NCBI GenBank assembly: GCA_039799905.1
Contig: JBDLRP010000032.1
Coordinates: 1-64,000, forward strand
Direction: 5' to 3'
From: Pseudomonadota bacterium
Lineage (GTDB): Bacteria > Bdellovibrionota_B > Oligoflexia > Silvanigrellales > Silvanigrellaceae
Length of the DNA stretch: 64,000 bases
Shown: piece after piece, positions 8,997 to 19,289 of the stretch
Position numbering within the stretch: position 1 is the stretch's first letter
Layout of the letters: every line of letters begins with the position of its first letter
Made by a program: the position numbers and the translations under genes
The notes under the pieces: model-generated
What the model was told of the DNA's origin: nothing
Database searches by the model: none
The model's input: the letters and a program-made list of their open reading frames with translations, nothing else

Positions 8997-10558
8997 CCAC
9001 ACAGACTGCCTCTTTTGTATTGTATTCCGATGAGAACTGGCTCGTGGTCGACAAGCCGCACGGCATTCCTACGCACGGCGGAGATGCCGGAGACACCGGC
9101 GCACAGGAATGGCTGAGTCTGCATTTCAGTTTTAAAACATTCGTCTGTTCGCGTCTCGACAAGGGCACGAGCGGCATTCTGTTGTTCGCCAAAACACCTG
9201 CGGCCAGCGCCGCCGCGGAGCGCATACACACTGAAGAGTCGGCGCTGAAAACCTATTATTTTTTGTCTGACAAAGACGCGCGCCATAAACACGGAGAACA
9301 TTGGGTTTGCAGTCAGCCGCTGGATGGAAAAAATGCGCGCAGCGAGATTTTTTTTGACAGGCAGATTGGCCCGGGCGTGTTTCGTTACCGAGCGCAGATT
9401 TCGCGCGGCCGGATGCACCAAATCCGCAGGCATGCCGCCATGTCGGGGTGTCCGTTGCTCGGTGACGGACAATACGGGGGGTCGGCCTCGCAACGGATCG
9501 CGCTCCACTGCGCTGAACTGCGTTGGCCTGAAATTGATGGAGTGATCCGCTCACCTTTGCCTGCAACATTCTCTGAAGAGACGCACCGGCATGGTGCAAT
9601 ATTTTTCGAATGCATGGCTGCCGCTGAGAGGCGTGGCGACTGGATGTCATCCGTTTCCAACTGTTGGCGGGCTGTGCAGCGTGGCGAAATTTCCGCATTT
9701 GATGTGTCGGTCGATGTTTACGCAGCCCACGCGCTGGTTTGGGTTTATGACGAAACAGATTTTATTGATTTGCAGAAAAAGCTCGAGCCTTTTTTGCTCC
9801 ACTTGCAGAATAAGTTTTCGGTTAGTGGAACTGTTTATCGCCGGATCGCGAAAAACCCCCATAAAAAGGGATTGATTCAGGAAATTCTGACTCACGGTGT
9901 GGCCCCCGAGCAGCAATTCGTCGTTTGGGAACACGACTGGCGGGCGCAGGTGACGCTGACAATGCGGCAGCACGTCGGATTGTTTTTGGATCACCGTGAC
10001 AACCGCCGCCGCGTGCAATTGCAGGCACGCGGCAAAAGGGTTGCCAATTTGTTTTCGTATACCTGCGCGTTTGGAATTGCTGCGGCTGCTGCCGGTTGCG
10101 AAGTTGTTATGAACGTCGATGCATCAGCCGGTACGCTGAACATCGGAAAGCAAAATTTTGCGCTGAACGAGCTCAGCGAGGCCCGTTCGGGAAAATTTAT
10201 CGAAAAGGACGTCAGGTTGTGGCTGGAGCGCCAGATTCGCAGGCGCGCAGAAGGAGACGATGCGGGGTGGGATATTATTGTCTGCGACCCTCCGACATTC
10301 TCGTCGACTCAAGACGGCGGAGTTTTTCACGTCGGGCATGAGTGGATGGAGCTTGCGGCGTCTTGTGCCCGCATTTTGAAACGAGACGGCGTTTGTTATT
10401 TTTCGACAAACTGTCAGGCAAACGAGAAGAGCAGCTTCGAGAAAGCGTTGCAATCTGTGTTTGCAACCGTACAGCGACTCAGGGCGCCTATGGATTTCCC
10501 CGAGGTTGCAGGCCGCGCACATGCGCATTTTTTTGAGTGCAGGGATCCGCTTGCTTAG
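8993..10558 (+). CDS. Fusion of RluA-family pseudouridine synthase and RlmK/RlmI-like SAM methyltransferase
   Basis: N-part VDKPHG, SRLDKGTSG, GRMHQIRRH, LLGDGQYG; C-part GLFLDHR, NLFSYT, DPPTFS, FSTN. Confidence 0.85.
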   Translation: MTTQTASFVLYSDENWLVVDKPHGIPTHGGDAGDTGAQEWLSLHFSFKTFVCSRLDKGTSGILLFAKTPAASAAAERIHTEESALKTYYFLSDKDARHKHGEHWVCSQPLDGKNARSEIFFDRQIGPGVFRYRAQISRGRMHQIRRHAAMSGCPLLGDGQYGGSASQRIALHCAELRWPEIDGVIRSPLPATFSEETHRHGAIFFECMAAAERRGDWMSSVSNCWRAVQRGEISAFDVSVDVYAAHALVWVYDETDFIDLQKKLEPFLLHLQNKFSVSGTVYRRIAKNPHKKGLIQEILTHGVAPEQQFVVWEHDWRAQVTLTMRQHVGLFLDHRDNRRRVQLQARGKRVANLFSYTCAFGIAAAAAGCEVVMNVDASAGTLNIGKQNFALNELSEARSGKFIEKDVRLWLERQIRRRAEGDDAGWDIIVCDPPTFSSTQDGGVFHVGHEWMELAASCARILKRDGVCYFSTNCQANEKSSFEKALQSVFATVQRLRAPMDFPEVAGRAHAHFFECRDPLA

Positions 10559-12675
10559 GCTTTTTCGTAGAGAACTTCCCAGCGCGCATGTGCATCTTTG
10601 AGTTCAGCCTCAATTTTTGTCACTGCCTGCTGCTTGTCCTGAACCAGTTGGAAGGCCGAACCCTGAGCGTATGCTGTGTTGAGTTCTTCGGTCGCAACGG
10701 CCAGCCTTTCCTCCAATTTTGGAATCAGCAATTCAATCCGGTCGAGTTCTTTCTTCTCATTGTAACTGAGTTTTGCTTTTTGTGCCGGAGCAGGTGCGGT
10801 GTCTGCGCGCTCAGTTTTCTCAGAAGCCTTTTTGTCATCGCGCGCAGGTTGGGCTCTGCTGACAGTGACTCCCTCCAAAATCCGTAGAGCCTGCTCAAGA
10901 TCAGGCACCAGCGTCCACTGATGTGATTCGCCGTCCTTGCTCTTTCGCATACCCGACCAGACGAGAATTTGTGTCGCAACGCGCTGGATGAAGTAGCGAT
11001 CGTGACTTGTAAAGACAACACCACCGGCAAAGCTGCCGAGTGTTTCTTCGAGACCCTGCAGCGTGGGAATGTCCAAATCGTTGGTGGGTTCGTCCAAAAT
11101 GAGAGTGTTGCCCTGCTCAAGCATCATGCGGGCCATCAGGACACGTGCCTGCTCTCCGCCCGAAAGGTTTTGAATTGAGCGGTCGGCGTCGTGACGCGAA
11201 AAGAGAAACTTTTCAAGGTAGCTCATGACATGCAGATAGCCATTGCTCGTATGAACAAAATCGCCTTCTGGACAAATGGACTGACGCACCGTCAGCTTTG
11301 AATCGAGTGCATTCCGGTGCTGGTCGAAATAGGAGATTTTGATGAGCTCGTGGCGTTTGCACTGCCCCGACTGAGGCTGAAGTTCACCGGCGAGCAGTCT
11401 GAGCAGATGCGTCTTTCCGCAGCCGTTCGGACCGACAATGGCAAGCCGCATTGACGGCTTCACAACCAAAGACAACTCTTTTGCCAGCAGAGGAAAGGAA
11501 TCACCGCGCGGATGATTGAGACTGATTTTTTCGAATTCAAGGAGTGTTTGTGAGCCGAAGTTCTCTTTCACCGAAATCCATAAATCCGAAGCATCGCGTT
11601 CCTTGCTTTCAATGGAGGCGGAAAAGTTCAGTTCAACACTCGCCTTGACTGCAGACTTGCGTTCCGCAGTTTTCAAGTTGACTTCCAGCGATGCAGCACG
11701 GTTGATACGCGCAGTTTGTTTTGTCGTCCGGGCCGCCGGTCCCCTGCGCAGCCAAGCGAGTTCGCGACGCATCAGGTTTGCCATCCGTTGGTTGCGTGAG
11801 CGCGCCTCTTCCATGCGGCGGACCTTTTCAACCGCATGCGCTTCATAGTTGCCCGTGTAAAATTGAACGTCGCCGTCGGCAATTTCCAGAATTCTGTTTG
11901 CCAATGTGTCGAGCAATGAACGGTCGTGGGAAACAATCGCCATGGCAATCGGTTCGGGTTCGTTGTCGAGCAGAGGAACGCCGAGCAATTGAAAACCTTT
12001 CTCGGAGAGGTCAATGAGCACGTCTTCGAGCCACTCGACTGTGTCGACGTCGAGATGGTTGGTCGGTTCGTCAAGCAGGAGAAGCTGCGGTTGGCTGATG
12101 AGTGCATGGATGAGTTGCAGCCGTTTTTGCTGGCCACCGGAAAGCTGACCCACTGGTCGGTCTGCAAGCTCTTCGAGTTGTGCCACTCGCACTGCTCCTG
12201 CCAGCGCATTGGGAATATCAATCGAGCGTGCCTGCAGTTCATCGAGAGCATGCTGAAGTTTATCGAGATCGGCGAGCCACTTTTCATCACTGCCCAAATC
12301 CGGGTTGTCCTCAAGCGCCGCGAGATGTTTGTCGAAGCGTTTCTGCGCCGTTTCAAGCGAGCTGGTACCGAACACTTCCTGCAGCTGCCGACTCAGAACC
12401 GCAGACACACTTTGCTCGGATGAAAACGGAATCGACTGGCTGACGTAGGCCTTCCGCAGTTGATTGCGCCATGCAACATGTCCGTCATCCGATTTGCCGA
12501 GGCCAGCGAGGATGCGCAGCAGGGTCGACTTGCCTGCACCGTTCGGGCCGACAATGCCCAGTCTGTCGCCTGCGTGAAGAGTGAGGTCGAGAGATTCAAA
12601 CAGTGTCGTCACACCGATACGCACAGCCAACCGCTGGCTTGTGAGCAGAGGGGAATCGGTGATAGCCATGAGCAT
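10555..12675 (-). CDS. ABC-F family ATPase (Uup-like)
   Basis: Two ABC domains (GPNGAGKST/LSGGQ/LDEPTNHLD; GPNGCGKT/LSGGE/LDEPTNDLD), ELAWLRRGPAARTTK linker, KLSYNEKKEL C-terminal coiled coil, no TM. Confidence 0.9.
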   Translation of the reverse strand: MLMAITDSPLLTSQRLAVRIGVTTLFESLDLTLHAGDRLGIVGPNGAGKSTLLRILAGLGKSDDGHVAWRNQLRKAYVSQSIPFSSEQSVSAVLSRQLQEVFGTSSLETAQKRFDKHLAALEDNPDLGSDEKWLADLDKLQHALDELQARSIDIPNALAGAVRVAQLEELADRPVGQLSGGQQKRLQLIHALISQPQLLLLDEPTNHLDVDTVEWLEDVLIDLSEKGFQLLGVPLLDNEPEPIAMAIVSHDRSLLDTLANRILEIADGDVQFYTGNYEAHAVEKVRRMEEARSRNQRMANLMRRELAWLRRGPAARTTKQTARINRAASLEVNLKTAERKSAVKASVELNFSASIESKERDASDLWISVKENFGSQTLLEFEKISLNHPRGDSFPLLAKELSLVVKPSMRLAIVGPNGCGKTHLLRLLAGELQPQSGQCKRHELIKISYFDQHRNALDSKLTVRQSICPEGDFVHTSNGYLHVMSYLEKFLFSRHDADRSIQNLSGGEQARVLMARMMLEQGNTLILDEPTNDLDIPTLQGLEETLGSFAGGVVFTSHDRYFIQRVATQILVWSGMRKSKDGESHQWTLVPDLEQALRILEGVTVSRAQPARDDKKASEKTERADTAPAPAQKAKLSYNEKKELDRIELLIPKLEERLAVATEELNTAYAQGSAFQLVQDKQQAVTKIEAELKDAHARWEVLYEKA

Positions 12676-12728
12676 GTTCTCCCTAAAGGATGCGTTAACT
12701 CAAGATCTGACTCTCAGAGGTGTGAGCA

Positions 12729-13334
12729 ATGAAGCTGTACTTTTCTCCGGGCTCCTGTTCAATGGCCGCACATATCGCTTTGCGTGCCGCCGGCCTCCCA
12801 TTTGAAACCGTGCGGGTCGATCTGCGCACTGGTCTGTGCAACGGCGTTCCCTTCAAAACGTTGAATCCAAAGGGCTATGTGCCGGCAATCGAGCTGCCCA
12901 ATGGTCAATGGCTCAGCGAGGGCATCGCGCTGCTTTCGTTTATTGCTGATTCCGCCAAAGGTGCTGACTTGCTCCCCGAGAATGGCACATGGGAACGTTA
13001 CAAAGCACTTGAATGGCTGACGTTTGTTTCTACCGAGCTGCACAAGGGCTTTTCTCCGCTGTGGAATCCGGCGACCGGTATATCTGACAAGGACGTGGCT
13101 TGGGAGAGGTTGTCCCAACGCATTTCACTTGTCGATGAGCAGCTCAAGAGAAGCGAATATCTGCTAGGCCCGAAATTCACCGTTGCGGATGCTTATCTTT
13201 TCACGGTGCTCAACTGGGCTGGTATGCTGAAAAGAAGCCTGGAAAGATGGCCGGCAGTCAGCGCCTATATGAGCAAGGTCCGGCAGTTGCCGGAGGTCGT
13301 TGCTGCCATGCACGCCGAGGGGCTCAAAGTTTGA
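12729..13334 (+). CDS. gstA: Glutathione S-transferase (beta class, GstA-like)
   Basis: MKLYFSPGSCSMA, NPKGYVP, ELHKGFSPL, FTVADAYLFTV. Confidence 0.9.
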   Translation: MKLYFSPGSCSMAAHIALRAAGLPFETVRVDLRTGLCNGVPFKTLNPKGYVPAIELPNGQWLSEGIALLSFIADSAKGADLLPENGTWERYKALEWLTFVSTELHKGFSPLWNPATGISDKDVAWERLSQRISLVDEQLKRSEYLLGPKFTVADAYLFTVLNWAGMLKRSLERWPAVSAYMSKVRQLPEVVAAMHAEGLKV

Positions 13335-14817
13335 GGTCGCCCAAATCGGTGACTTGGTTTTTGTTAACAACGAATTTCACCGACTGAACAACCGCATCGC
13401 CCTGCATCACTTCCAGAAGGTAGTTGCCGGGAAGAAGTGTGTTGAAGATGAATCCCCCTCCGCTGCGTGGGCGGAATGGCCGGACGGTCTTGTCTCCTCC
13501 GCTGAAATCCTCAAGCATTCCATTCTTGTCGGCAGAAATTCTGTAGGTCACCTGATCGAGACTGCTATTGCGGATGAAGCCTTTGACGCCCTGCGAAAGA
13601 CTGCGGTTGATGAGGGTCTTCCAAGCCCCTTCTTGCCTTTGCACGGTGATGTCGCGCCAGCGGTTGTGCGATGGCTGGAAGCCTTGCATGCGTGCATTGA
13701 CCTCCATTGCAAATGAAATCACTCCCGCTTCGCGGAACTGCCAATCGGCATCAGTGCCGTCAGCCTCATAGAGAAGTTCGGGAGCAGTGCCGATCTCATA
13801 GGTGTTTTTGTTTCCGCGGTCATCGATGACGTTTGCCTTCATCTCGTTGCCCATCGACTTGAACAGTTCAAGCGACGGGTTCTTTTCCTTGCGGCAGCCG
13901 TAGGGGTAGAGAATCATTTCACTGAATGAATGATAGCTGATGTTGGCAACTGGCCGTTCGCTGAGAACGAGTTCCATCATTGCGTTGGTTTCGGGTTCAC
14001 TAGCCGCCGATGGTCCACGGTAAGAGTCGCTCGTCTTGGTCGTGCTCGAACCGTTACATGCTCCCCACAATGCGGGATAGTTGCGGTTGATGTCGACTCC
14101 GAACGTTCGCCCGTCCGATTCCCACGCATTTTTGCGCCACATCGACTGACCGTCATGCACAAGCTGATTTCCGTCTGGGTTCACCTGTGGAACAATAATG
14201 ATTCGCGAGGTCGATAGCCAGCGTGTGACGTCTGGATCTGTGCCATAATTTTTGAGCAAGGTTTCGGCCATGTGCATAACAACCTCAGTTGTCATGACTT
14301 CGCGTGCGTGATGCATGGCGTTGAAAAGTAAAGTCGGCTGATCTTTGTTTTCCGGCTGCTCGGAAATGACAAGCGCTTGGATCGGCCGCTTGCGGCGTGT
14401 GTAGCCTATTGTTTTGAGCTGCGTGATGGCGGGATAAGTTTGAGACAGCTGGGCAAGTCCGTCGAGAACCTCGGAAGGAGTTAGATAGGGCTCGAGGGTT
14501 TCACGCTGCAGCTGCGCATTGAGTGGAGAAAATTCAATTTGGAAACCCATTTTCTTCAGCAGCTGTAGTTCCAATTCTGTGACACCAACTTCAGCCAGCC
14601 CTTCCGAAACAGAAACTCCGAGAATGTCGAATTTTGCAAGATCTGCGAGGTCTTCCGTGCGGCGGACGGGATCTTGAGAAATACGCACACTGAGAATTTT
14701 CCGTCCGGTGGAACTCGTCGCGCTTGTTGGAAGTGTCATTGACGGACTGGCAATGAGACCGGCGATGGCGAGAGTTCTTGTGCATCGGCGCAACAGAGTC
14801 TTGTTCGCATTGGTCAT
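13324..14817 (-). CDS. Secreted M14 zinc carboxypeptidase
   Basis: HHARE, VNPDG, WRKN, GVDINRNY, SEPET, SYHSF; signal peptide and prodomain. Confidence 0.92.
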   Translation of the reverse strand: MTNANKTLLRRCTRTLAIAGLIASPSMTLPTSATSSTGRKILSVRISQDPVRRTEDLADLAKFDILGVSVSEGLAEVGVTELELQLLKKMGFQIEFSPLNAQLQRETLEPYLTPSEVLDGLAQLSQTYPAITQLKTIGYTRRKRPIQALVISEQPENKDQPTLLFNAMHHAREVMTTEVVMHMAETLLKNYGTDPDVTRWLSTSRIIIVPQVNPDGNQLVHDGQSMWRKNAWESDGRTFGVDINRNYPALWGACNGSSTTKTSDSYRGPSAASEPETNAMMELVLSERPVANISYHSFSEMILYPYGCRKEKNPSLELFKSMGNEMKANVIDDRGNKNTYEIGTAPELLYEADGTDADWQFREAGVISFAMEVNARMQGFQPSHNRWRDITVQRQEGAWKTLINRSLSQGVKGFIRNSSLDQVTYRISADKNGMLEDFSGGDKTVRPFRPRSGGGFIFNTLLPGNYLLEVMQGDAVVQSVKFVVNKNQVTDLGDLKL

Positions 14818-14828
14818 GAAGACCTCCG

Positions 14829-14859
14829 AAAAGAAAAAAGGATGGCAGATCTGCCATCC
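14829..14859 (-). terminator. Intrinsic terminator-like hairpin after the M28 gene
   Basis: Perfect palindrome GGATGGCAGATCTGCCATCC (14840-14859) followed on the minus strand by TTTTTTCTTTT. Confidence 0.7.
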
Positions 14860-14898
14860 ATTGTGCTGAATATTGAGAGGCCGTCAAACGATTGCTGA

Positions 14899-16266
14899 TT
14901 AATTCGCCGAGAGCGCAAGACTGAGTGCGGTGTTGACCTGCAGCGAGGTCAGACGGAGCATATACTCTTTGTTTATCTTATCGATCAGGTCGCACTTCTG
15001 GTGGTAGCAGGGATTGCTGTCGTTGCCGAAGAAGCTCTCGGAAAGAATGAGAGCAGGGATGTTCTTGTTCCAGAACGATGCATGGTCCGAGCGATTCGTG
15101 CATGCAGCAACTTTCTTCATGCCAAGTGAAAGGTTGGTGTTCAGTTCCTCAACCACGCGTGTGAGTGGTTTGCTGTCGGGCCTGTCGCAGTCCATCACAT
15201 GGTATGCAAAGTCACCATTGCTGTCGTAGCCAATCATGTCGGCTTGCAGCACACCGAGAATTTTTTCTTGAGGCTTGAGCTGGTTTGCATAAGCTCTCGA
15301 GCCGATGAGTCCGAGTTCTTCTTGATCGAAGCCGACAAAACGGATGGATACCGGCAGATTGGGTTTGCTTGCCAGCAAGCGCGCTGCCTCAAGGAACGCT
15401 GCCGTACCAGAACCATCATCATCAGCGCCACGATTTCTCACCGAATCCATATGAGCTGAGACGATGATGAATCTGCTGCGGTCGGCTCCCCACAGGGTCC
15501 CTTCCACATTAGCTCCGTTGTATCCCGACTGTGTGTAGGGCGCGAGACGGGTTTCGATACCGAGGTCTTGCAGCGTTTGCATCACGAATTTTTGCGTCAG
15601 GTTGCGGTTTTCAGTGCCGCCGCGCTCGGTGATGCGCACTTCTTTGCCATCCAAGGTGAAGGTTCTGTCACCCGTGAGAACTTCCAGAGTCTGCATGAGG
15701 CGCTCCAAGTCGGGCTGGAGAGCTTCTGCTTTGGAAATCGCCCGAGGTTGCCATGGAGGAGGAACGGGTTGTGTGGGAGTTGTGCCGCGTTCAATTGTTT
15801 CATTGTTAAGTTCTGACTGAGCATCTTCCATTGACACCGGCCAGACGAAGTTGCGTGCGTCCATCTGCAGACGGACAGCTTCCTCCGACTTCATCAAATA
15901 CAGACCACGATACTTTAGGCCGGCCAACAGCCTGCCTTCGGTGGGCGCGTGACCTTCCACAAAGGCAAGCGTGTGTCCAACAGGCCAAGGAACTTCAATG
16001 AGTGTTCCATTGCTGCTTTGCGGACGTGACTTCAGGATTTGCAGCTGACGGCCGCTGCCCATTTCAAATTGCGCGATTTTGCCGGCCAGTGGTCGCGGCA
16101 TTTGTTGATGAGAGTGGATATTGAGCCACACAGTCGCTGGTTTGGTGTTGAAATGTTCGATCGACAGGGTCGGTCCGTGCCCCATGGCAAAACCAGTTGC
16201 AGGGAGAAGCGATGCCGGTAGCAATGCCAAAATTGATCTCAAAAGCACTGAGTTCGAATTTTTCAT
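14899..16266 (-). CDS. Secreted M28 family aminopeptidase
   Basis: SAHMDS, GADDDGSG, DQEELGLIGS, ADMIG, SDHASF, YH motifs; start refined to the MKNSNSV signal peptide. Confidence 0.9.
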   Translation of the reverse strand: MKNSNSVLLRSILALLPASLLPATGFAMGHGPTLSIEHFNTKPATVWLNIHSHQQMPRPLAGKIAQFEMGSGRQLQILKSRPQSSNGTLIEVPWPVGHTLAFVEGHAPTEGRLLAGLKYRGLYLMKSEEAVRLQMDARNFVWPVSMEDAQSELNNETIERGTTPTQPVPPPWQPRAISKAEALQPDLERLMQTLEVLTGDRTFTLDGKEVRITERGGTENRNLTQKFVMQTLQDLGIETRLAPYTQSGYNGANVEGTLWGADRSRFIIVSAHMDSVRNRGADDDGSGTAAFLEAARLLASKPNLPVSIRFVGFDQEELGLIGSRAYANQLKPQEKILGVLQADMIGYDSNGDFAYHVMDCDRPDSKPLTRVVEELNTNLSLGMKKVAACTNRSDHASFWNKNIPALILSESFFGNDSNPCYHQKCDLIDKINKEYMLRLTSLQVNTALSLALSAN

Positions 16267-16323
16267 CGGTCGGGCCGTCCTTGTCTGGATGAAAGGTAGA
16301 AGTGAACTTGGGAGAACGGAAGA

Positions 16324-16352
16324 ATAGTATGACTGACCGGCCAACTGGGCAA
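16324..16352 (-). promoter_or_regulatory. Candidate sigma-70 promoter of the M28 gene
   Basis: TTGCCC-N17-TACTAT on the minus strand about 60 nt upstream of the ATG. Confidence 0.4.
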
Positions 16353-16573
16353 GCGGCGGCCGTTGAAAATTTTACTCCTCTGTCCGTGCCCAATTAACTC
16401 AGGTGTTACGGGCATCTTGGGATTCCAAACCGCGGCCTGCTTTGCCAAGCGCATGACACATCCGATACCTCAATAGGATGGTAGAATTGACAAGGTAACG
16501 TGCTAATTTTTTTGCATTTGGCATTTGAGGACGAAACGAACTCGGGCTGGGTGGATTGGAGCTTGGTGCTAGA

Positions 16574-17785
16574 ATGAGTGACGCGAAGCCGGATCTCTAT
16601 AAAAAATTCAGCGTGGCCGAACCTGAGCCATTTGGGATGAATTTAGACGTTTTAATAGCAGACCCTCAAAGCGACGTTCGCCTCATTCTCACGCATCATC
16701 TGCAAAAGTTGGGATTTGCAAAAGTTCGAGTGGTCAAAGACGGAATGTCGGCACTCTCGGAAGTGAGGCGTCAACCCGCACAAATTCTTTTACTGAGCCG
16801 GGAATTGGAAGGCCCGACGGCACAAGATGTCATACAGGAAATTCGTGAAGACATTGCTCTGCAACGCGATGTCGTCATCTTGTGTTCAAACCCCATCAAC
16901 AGACAGGAAGTGATGTTTGCATTGGAAAATGGGTTCGATGACTTTCTGATTAAGCCGATCATTCCGAATGAAATTATGCCGAAGTTGAAATCGGCACACG
17001 CGGTTTTTTCCAGTCACAAAAATCCTGAGAGAATTTACGAATATGCGAAATTTGCGCTGCGCATGAATGAAATGGACAGGGCGCAGGAAGTTTATCAGGA
17101 GCTTGCAAATCAAACATTGCATGCCGCACGTCCTCATGTCGGGCTTGCGCGTGTTGCGCACTTGCGCGGCGATCTCGAACTCGCGATGAAGCATGCGCTG
17201 ACCGCCATACAGAAAAACTCAAAATACACCCACGGGCATGCTTTTTTGGCAGATCTGTACTTGGAAAAGGGAGATTTGGACGCTGCCCATCAGTCATATA
17301 AAGAAGCCATTGAATTGAGTCCGCTGAACGTGATTCGCTATGAAAAAGCAGCCGAGGCGCTTCTTGCTGCAGGCAGGGTGGATGACACGATCGGTTTACT
17401 CGACATCGCGATCAAGGCGAATTTTGCGCATCCCTTCATTGTTGAACGACTCGGATACTGCTTCTTTCAAAAAAAGGAGTATCCGAAGGCGGCAAAATAC
17501 TTGCGGCAGGCCGTGCATGCGGAGCCCGACAATCTGAGTTTTTTAAACTCTCTTGCAATCTGTTATCGCGATGCGCAAATGTATGATGAGGCCTTGGATA
17601 CTTACAATCTCATCATAAAAAAGGACAACGACAATCATTTGGTCATGTTCAACAAGTCTTTGGTTCTGAATTTGATGGGGCGCAAGGAAGAGGCAATCAA
17701 GCTTCTCAAGAAGATTGCTGCAAAGCACCCTGAGTTTCAGAAAGCGAAAGACAAAATCGCTGAGTTCGGTGGAACTGCCGACTGA
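16574..17785 (+). CDS. Receiver-like domain plus TPR repeat protein
   Basis: N-terminal CheY-like fold (VLIAD, DG, DDFLIKP) with Ser at the phospho-Asp position; multiple TPRs. Start uncertain (16556 or 16574). Confidence 0.85.
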   Translation: MSDAKPDLYKKFSVAEPEPFGMNLDVLIADPQSDVRLILTHHLQKLGFAKVRVVKDGMSALSEVRRQPAQILLLSRELEGPTAQDVIQEIREDIALQRDVVILCSNPINRQEVMFALENGFDDFLIKPIIPNEIMPKLKSAHAVFSSHKNPERIYEYAKFALRMNEMDRAQEVYQELANQTLHAARPHVGLARVAHLRGDLELAMKHALTAIQKNSKYTHGHAFLADLYLEKGDLDAAHQSYKEAIELSPLNVIRYEKAAEALLAAGRVDDTIGLLDIAIKANFAHPFIVERLGYCFFQKKEYPKAAKYLRQAVHAEPDNLSFLNSLAICYRDAQMYDEALDTYNLIIKKDNDNHLVMFNKSLVLNLMGRKEEAIKLLKKIAAKHPEFQKAKDKIAEFGGTAD

Positions 17786-17787
17786 AC

Positions 17788-18759
17788 TCAGCTGATTCCG
17801 TTTTTCAGCTCAGCCATGATGCTTGCAACGGATTCCACAGAATTGATTCCGCGGACGCTCTTTCCTGCTTGCCAAAAGTCTTTGTAGTTGAAACCTTTCT
17901 GAGAGGCTTCTTTGAGCTTCCAGAACGACTGGGTCGTGTAATACAGGCGCATCCAGTGCTTGAAGCGGGGATGTCTTAGCAGATATTTGGCAAGCGGGTT
18001 TGCTTTGAGACCCATCCGGCGCACTGACTCGGTCAGAATCACTGCCACAGGCACTCCGCTGATTTTTTCCGTCAGTACAATTTCTTCCTCTTCTGCGCTG
18101 ACAATCGCATTTTTGTAATCATTGTGCGCATTGCACTCGCTGGAGGCGATGAAGCGTGTGCCCATCTGTACACCCTGATAACCGACGGAGAGCGCGTGGC
18201 GCAGGTCATCCGAGGTTGAAAGTCCGCCGGCCGCAATCAGTGGCACCTGCAGTGAATTCATTTCCTCGAAGAGCTTTTCGAGAGTTTCACCTCCGGCGTG
18301 GCCACCGGCGCGGTTGTTGACGCAGATGATTCCGTCGACTCCATTTTCAAGAGCTTTCAGAGCCCACTTTCTGCTTACGACATCATGATAGACGTATCCG
18401 CCCGCCGCGTGCACCTTATTGACCACCCACTGCGGATTGCCGAGCGACGTGACAAAGAATCGGATGCCCATCTCGAGCGCGATATCGAGATATTTTTCCA
18501 TGCGATCCAGGTACATCTTCGACGATTTTTCGGTGATGATGTTGAGCCCGACAGGCTTGCTTGTCAGGCTCTGGATGTACTTCAGTCCGGCACGGAATTC
18601 ATGTTTGTGTACAAAAACCAGCGAGAGCGGCTGAATGATGCCAATGCCGCCCGACTCCGACACCGCGGCAACAAGTTCGGGGTTACTGCATGGGTACATG
18701 GCGCCGCAGATGATGGGTAGTTCGCTTCCGGTGTGCTTCAGGAAGAGTGATTGAGTCAT
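17788..18759 (-). CDS. Nitronate monooxygenase / FabK-like flavin oxidoreductase
   Basis: PIICGAM, SNPELVAAVSESGGIG, AGGHAG, IAAGG, VQMGTRFIAS. Confidence 0.9.
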   Translation of the reverse strand: MTQSLFLKHTGSELPIICGAMYPCSNPELVAAVSESGGIGIIQPLSLVFVHKHEFRAGLKYIQSLTSKPVGLNIITEKSSKMYLDRMEKYLDIALEMGIRFFVTSLGNPQWVVNKVHAAGGYVYHDVVSRKWALKALENGVDGIICVNNRAGGHAGGETLEKLFEEMNSLQVPLIAAGGLSTSDDLRHALSVGYQGVQMGTRFIASSECNAHNDYKNAIVSAEEEEIVLTEKISGVPVAVILTESVRRMGLKANPLAKYLLRHPRFKHWMRLYYTTQSFWKLKEASQKGFNYKDFWQAGKSVRGINSVESVASIMAELKNGIS

Positions 18760-19289
18760 TTTTTATCCTTTCCTTCACCAGCTGGACTGACCAACCAGGT
18801 CGTGCGTGCGGTGGCAACTGCAATACCCGAAGCATCACTGATTTCGCTGTCGACGCAGATCGTTGTGGCAGCTTCGAGATGCTCCACCGTGTGAGCCATC
18901 CGCGCACGAGACGTAAGCGTTCCGCGCGCTTTTTTGTGATATTCGATCTCAAGTTTGACGAGAATGGCTCGCGCATTGTCAGGAATTGCCGTGTGCAGAC
19001 TCAATCCGGCCGGAAACTCTGCGAGATTGGCCAGAGCAAGAGCGTGGATTGAGTTGAGATGATTGCGCACACTGCGGTGATCGGCCATTTCGACGGCGGC
19101 TGAACCGCGCTCGAGTTCAATTACAAGTGGACGTACGCTGCCGGTGTAGGGAATCATGCTTCCGACCAGCTTGCTGAACGCAACCCGCCCGCCCGGCACC
19201 TGATTGAAGTTTTTCCAGACGGTCAGAATTTGCTGGGGCCGCAGTATCTTCTTTTGCATTTTGCCGAGCATTTCAGCTGTCCAGCGCAT
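18756..19289 (-). CDS. Hotdog-fold thioesterase (DUF4442-like)
   Basis: IPYTGS, VRNHLNSIHALALANLAE, YHKKARG; coupled to the downstream gene by a 4-nt overlap. Confidence 0.85.
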   Translation of the reverse strand: MRWTAEMLGKMQKKILRPQQILTVWKNFNQVPGGRVAFSKLVGSMIPYTGSVRPLVIELERGSAAVEMADHRSVRNHLNSIHALALANLAEFPAGLSLHTAIPDNARAILVKLEIEYHKKARGTLTSRARMAHTVEHLEAATTICVDSEISDASGIAVATARTTWLVSPAGEGKDKK

